Virus record (IMG/VR): IMGVR_UViG_3300028327_000658
Direction: 5' to 3' (one strand)
Source of the DNA: an uncultured virus (IMG/VR IMGVR_UViG_3300028327_000658)
Taxonomy: Duplodnaviria > Heunggongvirae > Uroviricota > Caudoviricetes
Length of the DNA: 64,000 nucleotides
The notes under the pieces are model-generated. The model saw only the letters and a program-made list of their open reading frames with translations, ran no database searches and was not told the origin of the DNA. This document shows positions 40,069-51,500 of this stretch, one piece after another (positions within the stretch are counted from its first letter, which is position 1; every line of letters begins with the position of its first letter). The position numbers were made by a program, and so were the translations under genes.

Positions 40069-40461
40069 ATGTCACTGCAAGACGATGTAATTATGGCTAT
40101 TAAGGCGGACGGCGGCAAATGGCTCTTACGGGCGTATTTGCCGCAAGAGGAGCGCGAGGCCGCATATCAATTTGACTCAATGTTTGAGCCGCCAAAGACA
40201 GCGGATGACAGAGTCGCGGCGGTATTGCGCAACATCGAGTCGGCGGTCAGCAAGCTCATCACGCCCAACAGTCGTGACGAAGTGTACACGGGGCTGGACG
40301 TTGCGTATGCGATTAAGCTCACCGAGGCGGTTATCGCGAGACGTGAGGCCATGCGCGATAAGGGGCGGCTTGACCACTTTGACGAGTCGCTACGCAATGG
40401 CATTGAGCGCTACGGCTTTGATGAGGCGACCAAGCAACTAATATATGACATGGACCTATAG
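40069..40461 (+). CDS. Hypothetical protein
   Basis: 130 aa, SD AAGGAG. Confidence 0.6.
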   Translation: MSLQDDVIMAIKADGGKWLLRAYLPQEEREAAYQFDSMFEPPKTADDRVAAVLRNIESAVSKLITPNSRDEVYTGLDVAYAIKLTEAVIARREAMRDKGRLDHFDESLRNGIERYGFDEATKQLIYDMDL

Positions 40462-40468
40462 CCACATC

Positions 40469-40496
40469 AAAAAGGGGCTGCCTCTCGGCGGCCCCT
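40469..40496 (-). terminator. Intrinsic terminator of the par operon (possibly bidirectional)
   Basis: Minus strand AGGGGCCGCC-GAGA-GGCAGCCCCT followed by a T run. Confidence 0.65.
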
Positions 40497-40532
40497 CCAT
40501 CCATATATGAACCGGCTAAATTTTCGAGCTTG

Positions 40533-40982
40533 CTATTCATCTGCGTCTGTTCCCTCTTCTACCACAAATCTTTTAATGTTATTCGCGTCAAATAGCTGTG
40601 TCAAGGCCGCATTAACCGCCCCCGAAACTGATGCTCCGGTCTTGCGTTTATATATCTTCATACGCGCAAGATTCTCTTTGGATATTAATATGGATGTCTG
40701 CCCCCGCCTTTCTAATGCGCTGCTTTCTGTTATATCTTTTCGGCTGACATTCGCCGGATCGATATTATTTTGGGAACTCTCCATCAACGCCTTAACCTTC
40801 TCCTCTGCTTTGCTGTCCCGACCGTCGCTGCTTTGGCCGCCCTTCCCTGGAACCTCCGGCAGTGGCTGAGCAATCGGCGGGGGCACAGGCGCAACGGCGT
40901 TGGCGGTGCCGTTTTTACTCAGAGATAACGCACCGCCCAAGCGCGCTTTAACGGATTCGCCAGGTGCTTTAATCAAACTCAT
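40533..40982 (-). CDS. ParG-like partition adaptor (disordered N-terminus plus RHH)
   Basis: Directly after parA; C-terminal QTSILISKENLARMKIYKRKTGASVSGAVNAALTQLF. Confidence 0.65.
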   Translation of the reverse strand: MSLIKAPGESVKARLGGALSLSKNGTANAVAPVPPPIAQPLPEVPGKGGQSSDGRDSKAEEKVKALMESSQNNIDPANVSRKDITESSALERRGQTSILISKENLARMKIYKRKTGASVSGAVNAALTQLFDANNIKRFVVEEGTDADE

Positions 40983-40984
40983 AA

Positions 40985-41902
40985 CTAACCCCTTTCTTGT
41001 GTTTCTGCTGAATTTTTTACAAAAAGATTCCTTGCCCTGCTTTTATTAAGGTTATCCGTCGCGATCTCAGAACGATACTCTTTCACTTTTTTTATAAGCT
41101 TATCAAGCATCTCTTCCTTGTTGAACTCGAAAATCTCGCAAACAAGGTCGTGGAAAACCAACGTTCCTTTGCTCCGAGTGAAAGAAAAAAACATTGATTT
41201 ACTGGCCGCAACGACTTTTTCGAATGTTTCGTCTTCGGGAATTATCGTGTCTAATACGCTCGCCGAATATGTCGCGGCCACGGCCTCAGATGCGATCCTG
41301 CGGGACGCTATTGTTTCTTTGTACATGTTCCTGACGATCATTATGCGTTCTGTAGGGATTTTGTACTCCACTTGCAAAATTCGGTACATTTCAGCCAATC
41401 CGTCCAACGCATACTGCCGCAACTGCACTGGCAACAAAAATGCGGTCGAGCAGTTAATCGCGCATATGGTGTTGTGGCTCAAAGTCGGCGCGTTGTCAAT
41501 CAGCACAATATCGTACTCTAACGACTTAATAACATCGCACTCCAATACATCCTTCAGCGCGTCGGGACGCGCAACTATATTATCCAAAGCCCGGCCGCCT
41601 GGTATGCAGTCCAAACCGTCAACCATGCTGCCGTATATCGCCTCCGCAACAACATCGTTCAATTTCTTTGCATTCAGTTTCTTTGCGGGTGTCGCCGCAG
41701 CCGCAACGAGCACATCGGCCAATCCTTTCGTGCAATTGCGCAACTTAATCCCAAGCGATGTCGATAAATTATGTTGCTCATCGTTGTCGATCACGAGTAC
41801 CTTTTGGCCGAGAATCGTTAGGCATTGGGCGAGATTCGTCGTAATCGTTGTCTTCCCTACCCCGCCCTTCTTATTCAAAATCGATAAAACAAACATAGAC
41901 AC
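40985..41902 (-). CDS. parA: ParA/Soj family partition ATPase
   Basis: NKKGGVGKTT, VLVIDNDEQHN, YDIVLIDNAP. Confidence 0.95.
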   Translation of the reverse strand: MSMFVLSILNKKGGVGKTTITTNLAQCLTILGQKVLVIDNDEQHNLSTSLGIKLRNCTKGLADVLVAAAATPAKKLNAKKLNDVVAEAIYGSMVDGLDCIPGGRALDNIVARPDALKDVLECDVIKSLEYDIVLIDNAPTLSHNTICAINCSTAFLLPVQLRQYALDGLAEMYRILQVEYKIPTERIMIVRNMYKETIASRRIASEAVAATYSASVLDTIIPEDETFEKVVAASKSMFFSFTRSKGTLVFHDLVCEIFEFNKEEMLDKLIKKVKEYRSEIATDNLNKSRARNLFVKNSAETQERG

Positions 41903-41994
41903 CCTCCTTTTCGTTTAATGGCGCAACCTCTCCTGCGGTAGGGCCGTTGGCGACCCTGGCGGAACCCAGCAATCCCCTCCCCCGCTCTCAAATC

Positions 41995-42720
41995 AACTAA
42001 AATACACCAAAATATCATAAATACACTGTTTTTAATACTTTACGGTACTCTATAATGTATAAACACACTTTACACTACTTTTATATTAATTACCTTAAAT
42101 AGCCACTAAATCACCATATACATATAATATACGTTATTTTTTAACTAATGTCAATACTTTTTTTTATTTTTAATGCGAAACCATTATTTTACACCATAAT
42201 AGCACTTAATACAGCCAAATACATCTATTTAATGTCTAAAACAACCATATTACATTATTATTGATACTTTACAGCACTTTACGATACTTAGTAACTTATC
42301 ACACTACTTTTATATCAAACTACTATAAATAGCCACTAAATCACCCGTATATATATAATATACGTTATTTTTTAACTAATGTCAATACTTTTTTTTATTT
42401 TTAATACTAAACAACTAAAACATGTCAAAGTATCATAAATACACGGTTTTTAATATTTTACGGCACTTTATAATGCCTAAACACACTTCACACTACTTTT
42501 ATATTAATCACCACAAATAACAACTAAATACATCATTATTGATACTTTACTGTATTTTATCGTGTTTTTACACCAAATAGCCGCTAAATCACCGTATATA
42601 CATTGTTTTTCAAGTAATATCAATACTATTATTTACTTTTACCGTATAGTATTACTATTCACTTACAATACACTATGTTATATAAATATACACAGTTCGG
42701 CTCAAAAATATTATTTTATA
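41995..42720. repeat. AT-rich degenerate repeat region upstream of parA (candidate centromere) with duplicated promoters
   Basis: Blocks 42013-42090 vs 42431-42508 and 42072-42174 vs 42301-42405; apparent ~11-bp periodicity; TTGACA-17-TATATT on the minus strand at 42126-42154 and 42357-42385. Confidence 0.6.
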
Positions 42721-43196
42721 AGACGCTCGGTCGGTTCTCCTGCGGTAGGATAGGGTGGTGGGCGTCTCGATCCTGGCGGAACCCTGCCGGATTTCGGCTC
42801 TTGACGGCGGTTTTCGAGGGATTTTGGCCGTTTTTTATGCCCTTTTATGATCCAGGGAGAGGCTGCTGCAGGGTAAACCACCCAAAATGCCCGTTTTTTT
42901 CGCGTTTAGACGCGATTTGGCGGCTATTTGAGCCCTGGGACAGTCAAGGGGTGGCTTGCGTTCGTTATGGCGATTTTTGAGGGGATTTTGAGCGTTGTTT
43001 AGGCCGGGGGAGGGGAGAGCTGGGATAGTTGAGGCCGTTGACCTGGTTTTTGACTTTGACGTTCTTCTTTTCGGCGAAGCGAAAAACACACACCCTTGTT
43101 GTTTGTTTACAAGATTTGTGTTTTGTTTTTATCTTTACAAACACAAAAACAAAAAAACATGCGCGCGCGCGCATACATATTATGCCGAAGCCGAAA

Positions 43197-43513
43197 ATGG
43201 TACCCTAAAAGCGGAGATGGTACCTTGATTGCGGAAAAAAATGGTACCTTGAAAGCGGGGATGGTACTCTGAAAGCGGAGATGGTACCCTAATTGCGGAA
43301 GTGATGGTACCCTGAAAGCGGTGATGGTACCCTGAAAGCGGTGATGGTACCCCAAAAGCGGTGATGGTACCCCAAAAGCGGAGAAAAATGGTACCCTGAA
43401 AGCGGGGATGGTGCCCTGAAAGCGGGGATGGTACCCTGAAAGCGGAGATGGTACCCTGAAAGCGGAGAAAATAACCTCCAAAAAATAATCTGAGAATAGT
43501 ACCCTGAAAGCGG
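43197..43513 (+). repeat. Iteron array (14 copies of ATGGTACCCTGAAAGCGG), candidate oriV
   Basis: 13 copies at mostly 20-bp (some 23-24-bp) period from 43197 to 43465, plus one at 43496-43513, directly upstream of rep. Confidence 0.9.
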
Positions 43514-43588
43514 AAACCACTCATTGGCCGCCAAAAACGAAATTACATAAATTTATGTAAAATTTAATTCAAAAAAAATAAAAAAAAT

Positions 43589-43617
43589 TTGCTTTTTTAC
43601 AAAAAAAATATTATATT
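43589..43617 (+). promoter_or_regulatory. rep promoter
   Basis: TTGCTT-17-TATATT. Confidence 0.65.
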
Positions 43618-43663
43618 AATATTCAGGAAATAAACGTTTTTTCAACAGAACAAGGATAAAACT

Positions 43664-45268
43664 GTGAACAGCAAAAAAGTAGACCCTAACTTTGTACAAG
43701 AATGGATAAAAGCAAATCCAGATATATACAAAGAATTAAAGGAAAAATACCCTGAAACAGCTGACGAAGACTTTGTATCGCTGGAAATAGCGGTAGCATC
43801 TACCGACGCTGAGAATGAAAACAAATCAGCGGATAACGAATTATCGGCGATTAAAAGCACTGAAATCATCAGAACTTTTGAAAACCCGACATACTTAAAA
43901 CATCTTAGCATAATCGACAGTAAAACTATCGGCAAAAAGCTGAATTTGGACGAACAAAATTTACACGATATTCTTTACAAAATCATGAGCGACGTTCACT
44001 TTGAATTTCAAATATATCGTACTACCAAAACGTTCTTATTTGAACAATTAGGATGGATAACGGATCATCGCTCCTATAAAGAATATCACCAAAAATTATA
44101 CGATCTCTTCGAATCACTGCGTATAAACGGCCGTGAGTATAACATATTTAAACGATACACTGGTGTGGATAAAATAGATTGGGAAAAAATATCTTTTATT
44201 TCAGGCTTTATAAGTGAACATTCTATGAAATCAGACAATATTGATAACGATATTGTAGAATTTTCTATCGGGACCAAGCTGAGAATATTGCTTAACAACC
44301 CTAAAGCGTTCGGGCGGCTAAGCATAGATATTAATATTACATTCAAAACACCGCAAGCCAAAAAACTGTATGAATATACTATCGCGGAATGCGGCTTGCG
44401 ATACAACGAATTGATCAAAAACGGTAAACTGCTTATACAAATTGTAGGCATAAAGGACAAAATACATCCATTGTTAGAGATCACCAACGAAAAACTGACA
44501 AACAAAAAACTAACGATATTAATGGAAAAAACATTGATGGAAATCAATGAAAATCCATTAAGTAAAGTTTATGTTAGGGCTTTAAAAATGAATGAAAAAA
44601 CTGGGAAAAAAAAGCATGTCGAGCCGATAACCAAAGGACTAAAAAAAATTATAGGATACGAGTATCTTATCGTAGAAAAATCGGCCGTAACCGAGCCGTC
44701 TTTATTTTTGGCCAACCCTGAAGAATTGGACGAAATAGATAATAACGAGCCGGACGAATCTACAAAGAAGGCTATCGAAACATTGGGCACCATATACCCA
44801 CAGAAAAATATTGTAATGAACATAATAAAAATAATTGAAATGAAATATCCGGAATATGATTTAAACGCATACATTTCGGAGTGTATTAAATATACTAAAA
44901 AAAGCAACACAACTAATTTCCAAGCGTATTTGCGGAAAACCATCGAACAGGACTACCCAAATTACACACAAATAACAAAAACACTCGCGGAAAGTCAAAA
45001 ATCCACGGAAAATAAAAAATCCAAGATAACCGCCAGAGAATACAAGGATTTAGTGGATGGATACATTCAACGAAATTGGGACGCACTATCTACACAAGAA
45101 AAACAAACATATAAAGAAAACGCTGAAGCCAAGATAAAGGAATCACAAAATCAAGGTTACATTACATATATATCAGTGGAAGACTACGCGCAAAGTTTAT
45201 ATGTGGATTACTTAGAAGAAGCGGATCCAGAGTATAAACAAATATTATCAAAGAAACCATATAGATAA
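43664..45268 (+). CDS. Plasmid replication initiator (Rep_3/RepB-like)
   Basis: IVEFSIGTKLRILLNNPKAFGRLSIDINITFKTPQAKKLYE matches the Rep_3 pattern; adjacent iterons. Confidence 0.7.
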   Translation: MNSKKVDPNFVQEWIKANPDIYKELKEKYPETADEDFVSLEIAVASTDAENENKSADNELSAIKSTEIIRTFENPTYLKHLSIIDSKTIGKKLNLDEQNLHDILYKIMSDVHFEFQIYRTTKTFLFEQLGWITDHRSYKEYHQKLYDLFESLRINGREYNIFKRYTGVDKIDWEKISFISGFISEHSMKSDNIDNDIVEFSIGTKLRILLNNPKAFGRLSIDINITFKTPQAKKLYEYTIAECGLRYNELIKNGKLLIQIVGIKDKIHPLLEITNEKLTNKKLTILMEKTLMEINENPLSKVYVRALKMNEKTGKKKHVEPITKGLKKIIGYEYLIVEKSAVTEPSLFLANPEELDEIDNNEPDESTKKAIETLGTIYPQKNIVMNIIKIIEMKYPEYDLNAYISECIKYTKKSNTTNFQAYLRKTIEQDYPNYTQITKTLAESQKSTENKKSKITAREYKDLVDGYIQRNWDALSTQEKQTYKENAEAKIKESQNQGYITYISVEDYAQSLYVDYLEEADPEYKQILSKKPYR

Positions 45269-45394
45269 ACGGAGCAACAAAAATGATAAAAATCCTTAAA
45301 AAAAGCAGAACCCTTTTTTTATTCTTTGCACACACTCGAAAAAGCACAAGCCAAAAAGCGAACAGGTACAGCCTATTCACTTTTTTTGTCTTTT

Positions 45395-45513
45395 CCACAC
45401 ACCAACGCACCTGCGGCGCATCTTCTGTACACACGCAACCCTTGAAATCCGCTCAAAAACACAATATTCATACACATGCCATACACACAACCCATGAAAT
45501 TCGCTCAAAAAAC
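45395..45513 (-). other. Candidate MOBF oriT/nic site with accessory direct repeats
   Basis: Minus strand GATGCGCC-GCA-GGTGCGTTGGTGTGTGG resembles F/R388-type nic regions (imperfect hairpin then TGCGT...TGT). Direct repeats 45428-45460 and 45482-45513 lie upstream of the mob operon. Confidence 0.55.
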
Positions 45514-45546
45514 GCGATTTCATACACACGCAAAGAGGCCGAATAG

Positions 45547-46083
45547 ATGAACACGAACACCCCAAAAAACAAAAGAATCCATCTCGTATTAACGGACGAA
45601 TTGGATTCAAAACTACAAGCGATTTGTACGGCATCCGGCGAATCAATGTCCGATGTTTTGCGGCGGTTGATCCAAAACGAACACGCAAAAATGAACGAAA
45701 ATTATTCAGAAATTAAGACAACAAATGAGTTAATCCGTGATGAAAAATACGATGCTTTAGTCGATTTAATTAAAACAAAATTTGTGATGCAAAAGGAATT
45801 TATCGAGAATAATATCAATAAAAAAATAGAAGAAATCATTGAAAAAAGAACGAATAAAATCTTAGGTTTATTATACTGGGCGAATAAAACTCTAAGCGGT
45901 CTTTTTTATTTTGTATTCAGATTTTTATTTGATAAATATAACGTCAAAGACGAAGAACGTAAAAAAATCGGCAACGAAAATGAAGCCTATGCCCGGGAAC
46001 ATTTCCAAAGAATGTGTAAAGTTGTCGATGAACAAACGGAAGATAACATAAACGATTTAATCAAATATTTAAGCGAAAATTAA
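45547..46083 (+). CDS. Relaxosome accessory protein (N-terminal RHH, TrwA-like)
   Basis: KRIHLVLTDELDSKLQAICTASGESMSDVLRRLI; first gene of the mob operon. Confidence 0.7.
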   Translation: MNTNTPKNKRIHLVLTDELDSKLQAICTASGESMSDVLRRLIQNEHAKMNENYSEIKTTNELIRDEKYDALVDLIKTKFVMQKEFIENNINKKIEEIIEKRTNKILGLLYWANKTLSGLFYFVFRFLFDKYNVKDEERKKIGNENEAYAREHFQRMCKVVDEQTEDNINDLIKYLSEN

Positions 46084-46094
46084 GGAGAAGAATC

Positions 46095-48497
46095 ATGGCT
46101 AACTCAAAAACAAATTCAAACGTTAATAGGGACAACGTTAACGACAAAGGCACCATTGCCAATTCATTTAAAGGGTTTGAGGCTTTTGTCGCTCAGATCA
46201 AAATGTTTTGGCATATGATGTTTACTATTTTTTTGGTGATTACGTTGATTCAAGTAGCCATAATCATTACATTATATAAAATTACGAACGGAGGGATATT
46301 TACATTTAACATGAACGCCCAGCAGCGTTGTGTGGCTAAAATGTATAAAAAATTAGAGATAAACGACTATATAAATTTCGATATTTTCGGTGCTGGAAAA
46401 GGCGAAGATAAAACCTTTTTAGAATATAAATGCGAGGGGGGCACTCCGATTAAAATTTCAAAGAAAGAATTCAGAGAAAAATTCACAGATTATTCAAAAA
46501 AGCATCTGATGCCCAAATACAAATTTTGCGTTATAATTGTATATTTGTTTACGGGTATACCGCTGTATTGCTATGGCTTTATTTACTTCATTCGTAAGTT
46601 AAATCGCCGCCACAAAGAAGAAACGGAAGATAAGTTTCTTCGCGGCAAAGTTATCACTACGGAGGAAGATTTTGAAACAAATAAAGACGATAGAATGAAA
46701 AAAGGCCGGCAAATAGCCATCACCGATAAAGTGAGTATTCCTGAATCGATTGTAACACGCCATAACTTTGTTATCGGCAAACCCGGCAGCGGAAAATCGC
46801 AACTTATCACACGTATTATCGATCAACTTATGTCGATGAACGTTAAAATGATAATACATGATTTTAAAGGCGACTTCGTCCCGATGTATTACGATGAGGA
46901 TCGAGACTATATTTTTTGTCCGATTGACCGCCGTCACGTGGGCTTGAATTTCGGCGACATCAAAGAAATCGGGAAAGACGCTAACGGCAACAGACTTTAT
47001 AATAAAGATGATCGCAAACCCTATCCGAAAGTAATGTTTGAAAAATGGCCTGAAGATTTTACAGATGAAAAGGGCGTATTTCATAAGAAAGGCTCGCCAA
47101 GATTAGATGAAAACGGAAAACAAATAAAGATTCCGACGGGCTGGACAGTATTTAACGACATAAAAGATTTAATGGACGTTGATGCTTTCGCGGCGGCGGT
47201 CATCCCGGACGCAAACAGCGGGGAACAATACTGGGCTATAGCCCCGAGAGATATTTTTAAGGCGATATTAATTTATTGCATTAAAAAAGATGCGCAACTC
47301 CGCGCCGAAGGGACGGATTTAGATGATGAAAAAAATGCGCATCTTAGGACCAAAACAAATAAAAAAATACGTGAAATGCTGCTTATGGGTATGGAAAAAT
47401 TAAACGAACTTTTCAAGGAATTTCCTGTTGAATGCGGTGTCGGAAGCCAGCATTTGCAGGAGGCGAAAGTTGGGACGCAATTGTTGTCTTTGCTGTCGGC
47501 GAATACTTCCTTTTTCATCTATTTGGACAATACGGACGGCGACTTCTCCATTTCCAAGTGGATTCAAGACAATAATTCTACAAAACGGGTTATTTATGTT
47601 ACGAACCAGGCGAAAGTGCAGGAAGCTCTAAAGCCACTGATCACAACATTTGTCGATTTTGCGACTAAAGCCCTGTGCTCCATGTTGGATGATATGGACA
47701 GACGCTTATACTTTATATTAGACGAGTTTGGTCAGCTCGCCAAAATCGGGTCGATTGTCCAGCTCCTGACCCAAGCCCGGTCCAAAGGAGGGGCCGCGTT
47801 CCTCCTGATCCAGGATCAAGCTCAGATACAAAACATTTACGGCGATAACCTCGTGAAGTCCATCGTGAACTCCTGCGGCAACAAATTTTACTTTGCGGTG
47901 GGGGACCAAACGACGGCAGACCAAATCTCCCAAGAACTTGGAACCATCGAGGTACTGCGAAACAAGGAAAGCAAGTCGTTCGGGGTAGGGGACTTCAAAG
48001 ATACGATCTCTCAAAATGCCGACATCACGGAGACCAGGATCGCCCTTGCCTCAGAAATCCTGACGCTCCCGACGCTTACGTGCTGGGCCCAGATCACCGA
48101 CCTCCCGCTTGTGCACGTCAAATTTTCGTATACCCCGCCCAGAATTAATACCGCCCCCGTAATCCTGCGGGACTTTGCGTTCGATGCGTCTTCGCCGAAG
48201 GCCGACAAAGAACTGGCAGATAAGGCGGACGCGGAAGAACTCGAAAACCAAAATAACATGGAGGTGCCTTTCGCCGACGGCTCTCAGGCGAACATGACGG
48301 TGGAAGCCATACTGAATTTGGAGAATCCGGCATTTAAAATAAGCATAAGTACGGATGTCGATGATCCCGACGGCGAAAGCGCGGATGCCGATGAGATCGC
48401 CGACGCGGAGATGGACCGCAAACCGGAACTAATAATGAAACAAGAACGAATACAGGACGTTGTTGAAAAAATCCCTGTCGGCGTAAAATGGGTATGA
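46095..48497 (+). CDS. traD: Type IV coupling protein (TrwB/TraD family)
   Basis: Two N-terminal TMs, FLRG, GKPGSGKS, IIHDFKG, FILDEFGQL, acidic tail. Confidence 0.93.
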   Translation: MANSKTNSNVNRDNVNDKGTIANSFKGFEAFVAQIKMFWHMMFTIFLVITLIQVAIIITLYKITNGGIFTFNMNAQQRCVAKMYKKLEINDYINFDIFGAGKGEDKTFLEYKCEGGTPIKISKKEFREKFTDYSKKHLMPKYKFCVIIVYLFTGIPLYCYGFIYFIRKLNRRHKEETEDKFLRGKVITTEEDFETNKDDRMKKGRQIAITDKVSIPESIVTRHNFVIGKPGSGKSQLITRIIDQLMSMNVKMIIHDFKGDFVPMYYDEDRDYIFCPIDRRHVGLNFGDIKEIGKDANGNRLYNKDDRKPYPKVMFEKWPEDFTDEKGVFHKKGSPRLDENGKQIKIPTGWTVFNDIKDLMDVDAFAAAVIPDANSGEQYWAIAPRDIFKAILIYCIKKDAQLRAEGTDLDDEKNAHLRTKTNKKIREMLLMGMEKLNELFKEFPVECGVGSQHLQEAKVGTQLLSLLSANTSFFIYLDNTDGDFSISKWIQDNNSTKRVIYVTNQAKVQEALKPLITTFVDFATKALCSMLDDMDRRLYFILDEFGQLAKIGSIVQLLTQARSKGGAAFLLIQDQAQIQNIYGDNLVKSIVNSCGNKFYFAVGDQTTADQISQELGTIEVLRNKESKSFGVGDFKDTISQNADITETRIALASEILTLPTLTCWAQITDLPLVHVKFSYTPPRINTAPVILRDFAFDASSPKADKELADKADAEELENQNNMEVPFADGSQANMTVEAILNLENPAFKISISTDVDDPDGESADADEIADAEMDRKPELIMKQERIQDVVEKIPVGVKWV

Positions 48498-48506
48498 GAG
48501 GCGGCT

Positions 48507-51500
48507 ATGCTATCAATATCTGATAAACTAACTGTAAGCGGAGCCGAAAAATACTATAATCAAGATAACTATTATCTTGAAAGTCAGGGTTATTTCTACG
48601 GCAACCTGGCCGACCAGCTGGGGCTCGAGGGTACTGTCAGCGAAACCCAGTTCAAAAACTTGCTAAACGGATATGCGCCGAACGAACCGACATATAAAAT
48701 TGGAGACATCGTTCAAATTGACGGAAAGATCCGTCAAATTACCGAAATCGATGCCAAAAACAACGTTTTCAGTCATATAGACCCTGAAAAACCGCTCAAA
48801 AAGGCCAAAAATCACCCGTTACACACGCCGTTGACGCAAAATGCGGGCAAAGAAGACCGTAGGGCGGGTATCGATATGACGTTTTCGGCTCCAAAATCGG
48901 TATCCATACTGTCGTATCAGGATGATCGCATCCAAAGCCTATTCAATGAAGCCGTCCAGGAAGCCCTTGATTTTGCCGAGCAAACTTACACGCAAACCCG
49001 GCATAAAGATAAAAAAGGGACCGTCAGTTTTGAAACTACCGGCAACGCCGCCTTTGCGATATTCAACCACGCCACCTCCCGCGAACTCGACCCGCAGCTC
49101 CACGCCCACTGTATTATGATGAATATAACAAAATCATCTGAAAAAGATAAATATATGAGTATGGATTACGCCAAAATCTTGCAAAATAATCTTCTAATCG
49201 GACAACACTTCAGGAACATCCTTGCTATGAAAATGCAGCAGCTGGGCTATTCCGTTAAAGTTACAGATCGAAAAAAAGGCTTTTTTGAAGTAGCTGGAAT
49301 ACCCGACAAAATCTTAGACACCTTTTCCAAACGCCGGGAACAAGTAGAAGAACGTTTAAAAGAACTTAAAGCTCTCAAATTTAAAGATTTACCGGAAAAC
49401 CAATTAACAACATGGGCGGCTGAGAGGGTTCAAACCCACACATCCCAAGATTCGCCGCATTACCTAAACAGGCTTGCCGCCGAAATCGAAACGCTTAAAA
49501 ACTCAGACGAGCCGGTGTACGCATCGTGGAAAGAGTCCGAATTGGCGGTTTTAGCTACTACCGGCAGTCGAATCCGTAAAAAGAACGTCACCCAAGAATA
49601 TGTTATTGATCAAATGAACAATACTCTAAGCGAGCACGGGACTTCGCTTTCCCAGTTAACCCTGACCGCCCAAAACTTTGACGGCCCGCCCCGCGAAAAA
49701 ATGGAATTGAACCAAATCATTGACGCTACCATTGAATCGATAACGAAAACCGAATCGGCATTCACACGCGAGAATTTTATGAAACAAGCCCTAAAACAAG
49801 GGCTTTGCGATTACACATACGACGAAATAAACGCCGAATTTAATAAAATGTGCGAATCCGGCCAAATCATCCATTTTTGTAATGAGCATAAACCGAACAG
49901 CGGAGAAACGCCGCTTTTTACTACAGCCGAAATCAAAAGAGCCGAAGCTGAAAACATTGAAATCTGTAAAAGCTCGAAAACTAACATTTGCGTAGACGAA
50001 GCGACGGCCAATAAATTTATTGTCGAAAACAACAATACGTTACACGCTAAAAAGATATTATCAGCCGACGACGAAAAATTTAATGCATATATCAAAGATT
50101 TAGGCGAATCCGACAAAGACATAATCAAAAACTTAAGGACGCAATTCAATCAGGACAAAAACAGCTTGTCCCAAATCCACAGGTTATTTGAAACAAACCA
50201 AACAATTAAAGACTTTTTCTATAAAAAGGGGCAAGGGTTCACCCCCGGACAAATTGACGCATTGAAGCAGATGGTGGCTACAACCTGCCAAATATCGGTA
50301 ATTCAGGGTGATGCAGGGACTGGCAAGTCGTTTTCGATGATGTACGCCAAAGAGTTGTTGGAGAGCCAGGGCTACAACGTGCGAGGGCTTGCGCCGACAG
50401 GCAAAGCGACCGACGAACTCGCGAAAGCCGCAAAACTTGAAGGTTCGCTTACCGTAGACAGTTTCATCTTGCAGTGGGAGGTAAACCCAAAATTCAGAAA
50501 ACAATTTGCGCCCGGCAAGGAATGCTTCGTTGTCGATGAATCCGGCATGATAGGTTCATTGGCGGCAAACAAGCTGCTGAAAATTGCCAAAGAAATCAAC
50601 GCGAAAGTGGTCTTCGTCGGCGATAGAAAGCAATTTGCGGCGGTTTCTGCCGGAAAATTTTTTTCGGATCTCCAGGACAAGGCCGGTGTCGATATGGCGG
50701 TCATGGAAGATGTTATGCGCCAAAAAACTATCCAAACCAAAGCGATTGTTAAAGCTATATCGTCGAAATCATTTAAGGCCGCATTCAATTACTTGTTAGG
50801 CTACAACAAAATCGACATTAAAAAATCTAAAGTCAAGAACTACCAAATCGGCCAAAAATTGCTGTTTGACCAAAATATTAAATCGGCATACAACATTCCG
50901 CCCAATACAAACGCCGAAATCGTTGATATTAAAAAATCACGGTTAACGGTACGTTATACATTACGTAACGGCAAGGAAGAGATCGTAAACATCGACCCAA
51001 GAAAAGCGCACCGTGAGTACACGGTCTATTCAAGAGATATGAATAACAAAGACCAGCAATTCACAAATTGCATATCCGAAATTAAAGATGAAGAAAAGCG
51101 GTTACATGCCGTTGCCGATGATTATCTTCAGTGCCTTGAAGACGGTAAAGATGCTCTTGTTATTACAGCTACCAATGACGATAGGCGAAAACTAAACACG
51201 ATTATCCGTGAAACGCTGATACAGCAAGGCAAGGTACAAAACGTTGCCGAGTTCGCCGTGTTGGAACCGAAGAGTATCAGCAACCCTAAAGATGCGAGCG
51301 GGTATCAAGTCGGCCAAGTCATAGAAATAGACGAAGCATGGCTAACGATACGTGAAACAAGCGAACAAGCCGAAAAAATACCTGTAGAAATTATTGCAAT
51401 AGATCAGGATAAGAACACAATTACGGTCAAAGACCCTAACGGGAATGAATATACCATAAATCCTTACGATTTTGGCAAAAATCCTCCTTCGGCCTTTAAC

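Noticed and set aside
43107..43534. Repetitive ORFs, or a CRISPR array, over the iterons
   Set aside because: The repeats abut with 2-6 nt gaps and no spacers; the ORFs are translations of the array.
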